Positions 42,201 to 54,200 of a stretch of 64,000 bases of DNA are shown piece after piece. Positions within the stretch are counted from its first letter, which is position 1. Each line of letters starts with the position of its first letter. This DNA comes from Acanthaster planci (lineage: Eukaryota): NCBI RefSeq assembly GCF_001949145.1, contig NW_019091360.1:3222864-3286863 (forward strand), given 5' to 3'. A program made the translations under genes and the position numbers. Under the pieces are notes generated by a model that made no database searches, was not told the origin of the DNA, and saw nothing but the letters and a program-made list of their open reading frames with translations.

Positions 42201-45200
42201 ACAAACTATTCAAATGAACCATGACAAACACATTTCTTTGCCGTTCATTCTCCTACTTACGACTGGTCTTCTGAGAGGACTTGTGAAGGAACCTGTGATG
42301 GACTTGCTAGCCACTAGCAACAAACTACATACGACATGCTTTACACTCAGCTTGACTATTCACCTGTTCTTGCGGTCACCCGAGCTGGTTCACTTTCCCC
42401 AGCCAAGGTAGAGTGTGAGGTCAGCTGGAAGGTGTACTCGGTGTCTGGGTTCAGCTCAGTCACCGTGTAGGATGTGCTGTCTGGCTCCAGGATGATGGGT
42501 AGGGAGATGATGGAGGGGAAGTAAGACAGGAAGAAAGCTTCTGGGTCTCCAAGGACAGGCACATTCCATGTGAGAGCAACCGAGGACGTCGTGATGACTC
42601 CAGATCGCAGTTGAGTTGGAGGGAGCAATTCTGGTAACAGAAACATAGGCAGAGGTAAAAAATGAACTTTGCGTGAATTGTTCACAGATAACAAGGGGAA
42701 AAGGGTTCAAGGTCAAGGATGACTGGTGAAATCCTGACAGTATTTCTTGTAACTTTCCAGACAAGAATCTTACTGGTGGTTTTTGTCACTGAATCCAGCT
42801 GCACGTCCTGGTTGCCAGTCGTGGTTATGGATAGGTTAAACATGTACATCGCCCCCGGTAAAAGGTTGGTGATGGTGACATTCAGGTTGGATTTGGGTAC
42901 AAACTGCACGTCTTGCTGGGGAAGTCCCGGGGCTGGACTGATCCTAATGATGTATCCACTGAAGTCATCCGTGGTAGGTTGGGACCAGACCAGGGTCACT
43001 CCCGTTGCTGTGCAGGACTGAACAGCCAGCGATGCTACTCCCAAGATATCTGATAGTATCAAAACATACAAAGGAGTGTTCAGTCAAAAGCATACAGACT
43101 TCAATGCACAAGGTAGTAAATTATCTATTTACAAAAATTGTGATAAACTATCCTGCTAAAGAACATTCGGATGAAGTTCCCTTGACAAGCAATGTTGAAA
43201 TTACTGGCCACGCAGGGAACAACGGATCACATAATGATTCCACTCCAGTGTCCACTTAGGGAGTCTTTTACATTTCCAGATATTGGTTGACTTTTATAAC
43301 TTAAGGATGATACAGTCAGTGGTCTGAGTTAATTTTCTAATGGAGTTTAAGTGTTATTAGTTCTAACACCGTCAGTTTGCTTTAAAAATGTGACAAGGTT
43401 ATTTGAAATCTGAATTTATCAGTGGAACATTTCAGTCGCATCTATGGAAAAATTCACACTAATATGAGTAAAAACGTGTATACTAGCAATTTTCAGGGAC
43501 TGTGGTGTGCCGTACTTCAAGCTTGAAAAAGCCTAAAATAAATACCTGTGGTAACATTCTGTTCTCTTGGCTCACTGGTAACCGTTGTCTCACCAGATCC
43601 AGCAGTGTTAGTCACTCTGACTCTGTACTGTGTTGCAGGTAGGAGGTCAGGGATGGTGAACTGACGGGTACCAGTGATATCTGGGTCAGGTTGCAGTCGC
43701 TGGACCAGTCTGGGCATTTCCTCGCCAGGCCCGGCCAGGTAGATGTCCGAAACAAGGTGGGGTTGGGAACTCCAGGTCAGATCCAAGGAAGTTGGGTTGG
43801 GAGACACAGTTAGTGCAGGTTGTGAAGGAACTTAGTGCACAAACATAAAAGAACAGTCATCAATGAGGGTGAAGTTTGAGCGTGACTAAAATGAACCATA
43901 GTCCAACCAATGCTGCCCATGCAATGGATGGCTTGGGACTAATCAACCCTTTTGAAACCACACCCTTGGGCACGGTTGTACCACAGCTTCTTCATAGCTG
44001 ATTTTTATCAGTATGGAGGGAACCATATGCATGACAATTATTGTAAGAGACATCAGTGACCGTGTACGTTCTGCGAGTTGCTGCCAATAGCAAAATTTGT
44101 GTGTTGAAGAGAGTGTACAAAACAGTTTGACTAGGGTCGTTCCAGCATAACTGTATTGCATGTGTGCATTGTTAAAATGCATTTTAGTCAAAAGCTGAAT
44201 AATGTTCAGGCCTGAATTTGCCCTGAGCCTCAAACAATATGATACACTCACACTGGTGGAAAGCCAACTGGATATATCATTTGTTTCCCTGAGGACACAC
44301 AAATTAATGTTTATTGATCCGTTCACGGTCTGTGTAATTGTGTCTTCTACAACAAGTGTGTTTTTATTTAAATTCACAATTAGTTGTCATTTATGAAAGA
44401 ATGATCCATAGATAACATATACATTCAGTGTTTTCTTGAACAAAAATACAAGTCCAGAATGCTGGTGTTTGGCCAAAGCATGTTTTGCAAAAAGTCTCAT
44501 ACGTAAAAACCTATCGAATTAATTTTAACAGTCAGTGTGACTCTCTCAAACAAAAAACAATAATCGCCACAACTAACTTCATTTGAAAGCAACAGAACAT
44601 TTGATTCCATCTATTATTACAAAACTTAATGTCAAAATTAAATGTAGCATCATTACCAGTGTAGGCAGTTGTTGTGCCGACTGGTTCCCCGTCAAAAGCA
44701 ATGCGCAGTAGGGCAGTATACTTGTTAGCTGGTACCAGGCCAGTGAAGGTGTATTCACGAGGCTGTGTACTGAGGAACTGTTGCTGTGTGAAACCAGCAG
44801 GACTTGGCAAGATGTCAAGATAGTAAATGGATGCGCCCTGACAGATACCCCACTCCACCGAGAGAGTGACAGTTGTGACGGACACAGTGAGTATATCACA
44901 CTCGCCAATGTCACCTGGTAGGGGGAAAAAAGACATTAATATCTTCCATGGTAAAACACACTCGCTAATATCACCTGGTAGGGGAACAAGAGACATCATT
45001 TTCTTCCATCAATTCAACTGGCCCCTTCTTTAAACACGTTGTTCACATTTTTACAAGGTGCTGAAATTATCTTGATCTGTTCAGCAATCAGTCGCCCAAA
45101 ATTCTCAGTTTGAGAATTACAAAAATAGTTCCAACATTGAGAGGAATCAATCAGTGATTGGAAGTGGATGTTACAGTTGCAAAAACTGTGATGTACTCTA

Positions 45201-48200
45201 GGGGATAATCAGAACCAATTTTTGGGGGGCAGGGAATAATTTGAAAATTTCCTAATGCATGCTTTTATAAAGTACCAAAGCAAAAACATCATGCTCTGAT
45301 TTATGTGTGTAAAACGCACCACCACGAGGACCAGCGCATGAACCAACACACAAGCACGTACTCCATTTGTTTGCACTATGTTTCACAATTCAAATGACGT
45401 CATGCTTCAGTTCTCTGTAACTTTGTGGGGTGAGTCAACATTTTGGGGCTTCAGAATGAAGGGAAATGAAAAGAAACTTTGCTGGGGGTACCCTGAAACG
45501 TACCCCCCCTCCCCAGTACACCAATGGATGTACTGAACCACAACATGGGTGAGGGTTTGTACTCAATTCTACTTACTCGTGGCTCTTGTGATTTCTCGCG
45601 GGTCGCTCTCAGACAGACTGCCTACCATGCCACTCTCTGTAGTCACGCCGATGACGTAGCTGGTCGCCGGCTGTAGGTCTTCCACAGTGAACTGGGTCTG
45701 GGTGCGGGGCACCACGCCGGCCAGCTGTGGCGTGGCACCGGGTGTGCCTTCCTCCCGGACGTAGATGCGGTAGACGTTGAAGGTGCCACTTGCTGGCTGC
45801 CAGGAGATTTGGATGGACAGGGAGTCCACACCGACGACGGATACAGTACCTGGCTGGTTGGGCTCTGTCAGGCCAAGAAAAGAGTTACACCCTTAACAAC
45901 AGAATGCAGATGAATCAGACTGTTCCTGACTTATGATGGAATTTTGCGTTGGCTGATAGAGAATTCCGTATTTTGCTGTAATATCAAGGTAATTTAATAC
46001 ATCAGGGGGTGATCAGTCTGTAATGTGACTGAACATGAACTTCAAACTCCAACATAAATTGTTGTTTTCACTGCTTGCTTGATACAAATGGATTGAAGAA
46101 AGGTTTCACTAGATATGGCAGAAATGAGAGGAAAGATAGAGTAATGAAGTGTTTCACAGGCCTGCTGAACAGGGATAAAAACAAATGCAACACCTTAAAC
46201 AACTTCTCCATACAAAGTATGCTTCACAAATTCAACCATTACTAAAAAAAAAAATTGGGGGGCCAACCATGAACAAGGAATAAAATTTTGTCAGAAATTC
46301 AGAGGATGAAGCTTACTTGTGCGCTGTGTGATGGACCTGGTGACAAGAGGATCCGTTCCAACGAAGAAAACCATGATGCGATACTCGACACCAGGAGACA
46401 GACCTTGGAAGTTATACGCAAACGGGCCACTGGGACCAATAGTATTGGTCTGTAGAGGGTTTACCGCCGACGGTTGGCTTATCTCAACCCGGTAGGATAC
46501 TGGCACCTCTGCCATGGTCCAGCTGACAGAGATGCTGGTAGCGGTCACTTCGGTGACGTTGATTTCACCTGGCAGCCCATCACCTGGATTCGGGGAAATA
46601 AAGTTGACGCTTTAGAGAAAGAAGTCCAAAGTTTTGAAGTAGAAAAGATTCAACTGCCAAAAAAAAAAAGTTTTATAATTCTGTTTGGCAGAACACTGGT
46701 ACGGTGTTCCAAAGGTTGCAGGTGCAAATCCTGCCCCGGTCAATTTCTTTTTTCATTTATATAAAGTTACTTTAGTCGGGCTCTGAAAACCATCAGCCAA
46801 ATCTGAAGTCCTGGTACTATTAAGTGCAGTTCCTCTCCAACATGACATGTGAAGAGATGACTGGCCATTTGAAATAGACAGCAGTAATTAATGGTGACAA
46901 TGACGCCGATGGCATTGATGAATAAAACCCTCATTGCTTCAGGGAGACATTTCCACACTCATGACACTCTTGAGCTCTAAAATGACACAGCCAACCAAGC
47001 TTTCCACATGACCTTAAACTGTCAAACTATTCAACAAAAACACCAGAGTATGTTTTCTTTTTAGTACCAAATATGCCGGGAGACCCTGAAATGTCTCCCT
47101 GCTGTTGAATCACTTGGTTGTGGCTTGATATTACTTACGACTCTAGTGGAAGTGGTTGCGGCCAATTCCCATAGACTTGTGTGTAATTTCAAGCCACCGG
47201 CAAGTGATTCGGACACAGCCATATGTACTACAAAGTGCCCTCCTAACAGCAAACTGAGTAGCGTAATGGTAAGAATGTTGATGGTAGTGAGAGTAGCCGC
47301 GAGTGTTCAAATCATAACATCTCACCCAGACGCAGGAATCGTGTGACTTTGTTGCTCTGCACACGGCTGTCATTAACCCCGGCATAGGTGGAAACACTGA
47401 TTGTGTATTCAGTGGACGGATTCAAAGACATCAGCTGCGCAGAGTTCTCCCCGTTGACCTCAGTGGCAGGCAAGCCATCTGGTACATAGCAGATCAGATA
47501 CTGATGGGGAGGGTTGACCTCGCCCCAGCCTAGGGTCACACTGGTACTGTCTTCTCCACGGCCCAAAAAGTACAGTCCATCGGGCGCCTGAGGTTCTGTG
47601 AGATCAAGAGCGGAAAGAATGGGTCTTCATCAAAGTGCTTTACCAAGAACTTGTGAATCCACATTACAGTAGGTGTTGTTTATGATAAAAAAAAGTACAT
47701 CGTTGTCACAGTTTGATTTCATTTAAGAGATTCTTGTTTTATTATAGAAATGTGCCGTGTTTTGTTAACTTAAAATTGTGCTAAATTTCATCGTGTTTGG
47801 TCCTATATTTTCTCTGAGTCGTTCTTTTCAGAGTTTTGGTTCAAAGGTACCATTTCCAAGTCCTTATAGGAGGACTGGTGACAATCATATTGTCTACTTA
47901 GTTGCTTACATGCCCGAACCCGAAACCAACATTTCAAAGTTTCTGTGTTACTTATTTTCATTACTATTTTGTACTTTTAACTGTTGAAACAAAAACTGAT
48001 AAAAAAATCCTTAAAATCCACAATGCATATTTCTGGACACCAGAAAGGGGGGGAGAGGGGATGATCCATAGCCCATCGCCCCCAGCCAAAAAGGGGAGAG
48101 TGGGATATGTATATCCTACTCCTTCTCAATTTATGCACGTGATTTAGACAAGAGACAGCACCTATTACAAGTTGTGCACATGGGTGATGGGGCAAGTCCA

Positions 48201-51200
48201 CAGTCAGAGAGGCATTGATACTGCAGTACAAAGCTGCTATAACAAACATGACCGGATCCACGCAAAATGTTTGATATAGTGGTGTTCAGTACACAATACC
48301 AAGATTTACTAGCAGAAGATTTTGATGGGAATTGTGCTAGACAAACTTGGCTGGGAATCAGTCGTGTGAGGTATACAGTGGGTGGCATTTTAACCAGTAA
48401 CCTGTTGTTGCTTAGCAACTAGTTTGAAATGCTAAGCAACCGTTTGGGAGTGGCACCCATGGCATTGAAGTTGCTTGTGGCTGTGGTTCTGTACTCACTG
48501 GTGTACTGGTTCAAGGTTCTGCTAGCCAGACTGCCTCCTACAGGCTGCACTGTGATTGTGTACTCAGTGGCCGGAACCAGACTCGGCCCAATCACCAACG
48601 ACGAGGTGCTTTTGGGGACATTCTGGTTGAACACCAGGGTGTTGGATGGATCGTAGGCCAAGATGGCATAGTTGGTGAAATCCCCAATAAACTCTCCCCA
48701 CAGGATACGGATAGATGTCTCTGTGACCTCATCCACGTATACTTGACTCAGGTTGAGAATAGCTGGGTAGGAAATTAAGAACCACCGTATTTTTAACACT
48801 GTGTCAATTTCTAGCGACGGTTCTTTTTAAACAAAAATGCAGTCAACTTCCACAGATTTGCAAAAAAATAACATTATGTCTATGGGTCATCCAAGCATGA
48901 TATAAGACTTACAGGTTGTGATGGTTCTAGTGACTGCCTGTGATGAAGTCAAGCGCCCTGACCTGAGAACAATGGTAATGTCATAGATACAGCCAGGTTC
49001 CAGACCAGTTATTACCACCTGCGGGCAGGCATCAGGCCCCAGAGTTATCATCACAGGCTGTGAATTTCCTGATTGAAAAGGTAGAAATTTTCGTTTTAGT
49101 GTTATGAGTTTACATTGGATGCTTTACGCATGATCATGTTGACCACAGTTCCTAAGCTCACTTGAGTAGGGAATCGAACCTTACTTCTTACTTGTGCAGG
49201 TGTCTCATCAAGCTTGCTGTGGTCAGCTGACCACCTTGACTCAGATAAGCAGAGGGTGTCGGCCCTGAGTTAAAGTGACCCTCACCGACGAAAGAGTGAC
49301 AGACTGGTACAAAGTTTTCCAACCAGGTTCTTGCACACATTCGGCATACATGTGAAGACCATACATTCCAGAAAAACTTCACTGTGCGCACTCAACGTGC
49401 TCTGCGTCAAACGCGCATAACCTTGCAAGCCTATGCAGTGAGTTCATACCAAATTTCAGTTAAAAAACATGCCCTCTTTGTCGCTCAGAGCGGATAACTA
49501 GCAAACATTTTAATGACGATTAGCAAAGTAAAAGTTACTTTGACAAGAGTGTTTGAGTGGATTGACACCTGTTCTAAGGTGGGAGCGGACTAAGTTGATG
49601 TGATTTCAGTTTTTTTTTCCAACTCAGTTCACTGAAACCTTTATTTCTCTGCAACCTCCAAGTTAAATTAGACACCCCAAGCATGCACATACAGAGAAAG
49701 CAAAGAAAAAAACTTGTGTACGAGAAAAGTGACACAGAAAAACACAGACACAGCAATGAACAATAAAGTAGCCATAAAAAGTCAAGGCTTCACTATGCCA
49801 CAACTCATTACGTCAAATCAATACGGGCAATTCACAAGAGCGTGCCTCCAAGTGTTTGCAACATGTTGACCAATCGCAATGCACAAAATCTGTCGACCCA
49901 ATGCGAAAAGGAGAGGGTCCACAGATTTCGCGCGTTGTAATTGGTCAATGCATTGCAAACTCTTGGAGGCGCACTTTTGTGAATCGACCATATTGGCAGT
50001 GCTTTTAGTTACATTTAGGTAGAGACTTCATTGAGAGAAATGTCTGGCCTGTCAAATACACATATCTCATTATAAATCGTTAAATAAAAAACAGTTTCCA
50101 GAAGTAAGCAGATGACGAAGATGGAATAATGGCACCTGAATGTTAATTACCTGCACCCGCTCCGGAAGTAACAGGTGTCAGAGTAGCAGCGAGGTCGTTA
50201 AAGACGCCTGGGGAAAACGGTGACAAGTTGAGGACAATTTTGCTGGGTGAGACGATCTGCTCCCGTATAGTTGGGGCCGCAGGAGCTGAGAAAAAAACAA
50301 AATGGACAGAAACTGGGTGACAACCCCAATCTTCTCATTCCTGGTAACAGGACACTACTGATCAAGTTAGAAAAAGGACCTTGGTATCAGCATACCAACC
50401 AGTAGCTACATAATGGTTGGATACCATGTTTAGGTGAATTATTGAAGCGGGTCATGGGTCATTTGAGCTAATCAGTGTGCATGGTGATCATTGGCCCTCT
50501 TAGCACGGCCACATGCTAACTCATGCACACTGAGCTTGTGTTCCAGCAGGTGCTTCTATATCCAATGACCACATGACTTTGAAATATCACACTGGCTTAT
50601 TGTACAGAGTCAAGTGCAGAGGGAGAAAAAAAAATCCTCGTCACATATCTTGCCTAAGGACACAAGATCCATGACCCACTGCATATGTCAGAACCCTCAG
50701 ATAAATCCCTAAGAAGACAAGAGTCTTACAACGTTACAACTTGACCATGAGAACTTTCACACTGTCTTACATTTACATGCATCAACACCTTTAGAAAGTG
50801 TTGATAGTGGGACACATGACTCACCCAGTATGTAAGTAGCAGAAGCGACAAGCTGCCTGTTGACGGAGTTGCTTGAAACCACGTACAGTCGGACCACATA
50901 CTTCCGTCCAGGGGTAAGGTCATTCAGTTGAACACTCTTCCCTACAACTGGCCCTTGACTGCCATCAGGCGGAGTGTGGGTGACTTCATAACGGTCAAAG
51001 TTACTGCCAGGGTTGTAGTTAGGCCAGCCAACTTGGACGTTACGATTGTTCAACCTGGTAAACTGGAGGATCTCATTGTCTGCAAATAATGATTATAAAT
51101 TAAAAATTGCAAGTAAAGCATGCAAATGGATGGACACTCAACTGGTATAGGGGTAAGCTATTTGCAAGTAAAATTAAGCATTTGGAGTTTATTTGCTCAA

Positions 51201-54200
51201 AAATTTACTTCTTTCAAAATTTTGACTTTAAAATTGTTGGTTGATTCTATTTTATTTATTTCCCAATCAGGGTTGAAAAGGTACTGATCTCCCATAGGCC
51301 CAGTGAAAAGTACACTTAAACATGATTTAAGAGTTAATGAAAGAAATATACATATGGAATGAAATGTAAGTACTTTTGTAGTACAGGAGAGATCAATATT
51401 ATTGGGAAATTAATTGAGACTTGATAGAAAAAGTAAATAGGTCAGGAGTCAAATAGTCACCCACAATCAGTTAATTCTTGTCAGCGACAATTAGTTATAG
51501 GCAATTAAATTTGTGCCAAACCTGAAACTGTACATAAGTCACTTTAGCAGTTGTAGTGTACAACTGATACAGTGGTTTGGACCATTATGGGCATGCTTAA
51601 CAGCGGGGTGAAATGGAATATTGGCATCGCACCTGTCCTGATGACTCGCTGAGCAGGCTGACTTCTCACTCCGTCTCCAACAACTGTGTAGACACGGACA
51701 GTGTAGTCAGTGCCGGGTGTCAGCTCGTCAATCATTGAGCGGATGTCGGTCCGCGGCAGGGTCTCAAACAGCTCTTCGGGGCTGGAGCCAGTGAAGAAGT
51801 ACACCTGGTATCTGTCGAAGGCCCCCGAGGCCGAGCCCCACTCAAAGGTGATCAGGGTTTGAGTGGTGCTGACCTCCATGAGGCTCGGTGGTGCATTAGG
51901 CCCTGTTGACAAGAATTCAAGGTTGGATGTCTTGAGTGGATGTTGTTGATGTGTTGAATTGGTTGTGGACATGGTGGATATAGCTGACACAGCAAACAGG
52001 TTTAAATGTACAGTAGAACAATGCATTGAGAATCTTAATATTCTAAGCTTTGTGGACAAACTGGTGGATGTGTGGATTGTGTTCCCTTGCAGAGGTGGGA
52101 TAGCAGCATATAATAGATGTTGAGGATGTTTTTGGGCACGCTTAATTCTGTGACTTGTAGGTTGTGTCCAAAAGTATGAAAACACTGATGCCAAAGGTGT
52201 AAATGAACTTTGCTCGTCAGAAGGAAATAGCCACGGTGTACCTTTTGCATTAAAGTTAGAAGAAGAAGTTCAAATTTTTGAATGCCTTGGCTACCTGTAG
52301 GTGGCATAACAAGGACCATGAGAGCAAAACATTTACACCTGCACTCAGTGGATGCAGTGGATATCAACTGAACTTTCACTGATACTGTGACCAAGTGAAT
52401 GTAGTGGATACCAGACTTCATCACAGATTGTCATGGCATACTGTGGATGACATGAATGTTGATAAATTTCAAGTTGTGGAACTCACTGGTGTATTGTTGG
52501 ACCGCCGTGTTCGGCATGGTGGTGCCGGTTATCTGGAGCAGGATCCTGTACAATGTCCCAGGGGTGAGGTTGGTGAAGTTGGCCGTGGGGTTGCCTCCAA
52601 TGGGGACCGACAGCACCCGCAGCTGGCCACCTTGGACAGGCACTGCGCTGATGAAATAACCCGTGCCAATGGGACTGGCTCCCCAAGTGATCGTGATAGT
52701 GGTGGCGGTGAAGTCATCCACAATGATCTCCCCAGGTGGGGCAGTAGCTGTAAGGAGGCCCAACAAAACGGGCAAACTGATAACTTGAACTTGACTTTGA
52801 ACCAGTCCAGCAAAGTCAACGAGGGAATGCGGAAATTTGTCAACTGACAGTTGTCTCAAAACTTACTGGTACCACTTTAAAATGCCAACCAGTGTTTCTC
52901 AGCAAACCTTCAACAATATTTCTCAGAACAAATGGCCATAAACTTCCATGAGAACAGGTGAAAACTGAAAAACAATTTTTTCAGTGTTACATACAACTGC
53001 TGGAAAACTATTTGCAACAAGCAAACCAAACTTGAGGCAGTCATAGTAGTTACATAAAAGTTATGCCAATTTGACTGAAATACAAAAGTTTATATTGCTA
53101 AAAAGTGTAGTTTGAAGCAGGAGTTCCTGTCTTTCCAAGACAATTTAAGGTTCAGGAATGGTTCTGCGGCAGTCCAAAAACTAAGGTCAAGAAGCAGGGA
53201 CAGGTTTCTTACAAGGTTATAAGAATGAGAGAATGATTTAAACTTTGAACACTTTTCTGACTAGTGGTATTCTTGCAGGCATTTTTTCTGTCTGCTGATT
53301 CTACAATTTTATGAAGATCAGTGATGAAGTTCTTGCAATCACCCATTTTTCTGAAGTCTCCGTAAACTGTAGCTTTCCCCACTGATGTGCTTTGTGCACA
53401 TGGCCAACTCACGTGAGGCCACGAACTATAAATGACGTAATCACAAAACCTTATGTCACACTGAGGTGAAACTTCACAGATGTACTTATAATGAATGCCT
53501 TTACACGCTTGCCACGTTTCAAAACAATTAGGCATGGGACAGCAGAGATCCTAGGCCTGAAAATCTCAGCCCTGTTAGGGTTTTGAAAGTTTCATACCTG
53601 TGAAAGCCGACAGCATCCGTGGTTCACTCTTCTGATTTCCACTCACTGTCACCACCGATATGGTGTACTCCGTGGCTGGCTCCAAACCAGTCAGACTGGC
53701 ATCAAACTGGGTGGCTTGAGTCAGGGTACCATCTGAAGGACTGTAGGTGACCTCCATGCTGTCCCATATTGTGCCCTCCGGCTGGCACCAGGAGAAGTCC
53801 AGCCGATGAGCTGTGCTGAGATCCAGTGTGATCTCACAAGTGGGAAGCGGCACTGCAAGAAGAGCCAGAAACCAGTCAACAGTGTTGGCAGAGACACAAC
53901 GCTGCGGCCAGCGACAATTCTCAATTCTCAACAATTGTAGTATGCAATTTTTGATAAACGGTGAAATATTCAAATATCAAGCAAAGCCCTGCCACTGTCG
54001 GCCATGTAACCTCCTCCAAACCAAGATGACCTTGTCATATGGGTTTTTCCATGATTCACTCCTACATAATTTAAACCATCCTTGATTCTACATTATCATC
54101 CTTAAATTTAATATTCCAAAAAGAAAGTAAAGTCATTCAGTTCAATTCTTTATTTCATGTCAAGGGTGGAGTTTGGTGTTGATTCACAGGGATACAGTGC

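Noticed and set aside
49192..49264. Exon-like segment (CAG...GTAAG) in the D14 intron
   Set aside because: 73 nt (or 80 nt with the next donor) breaks the frame and is not FN3-like; a poison exon cannot be supported without RNA data.
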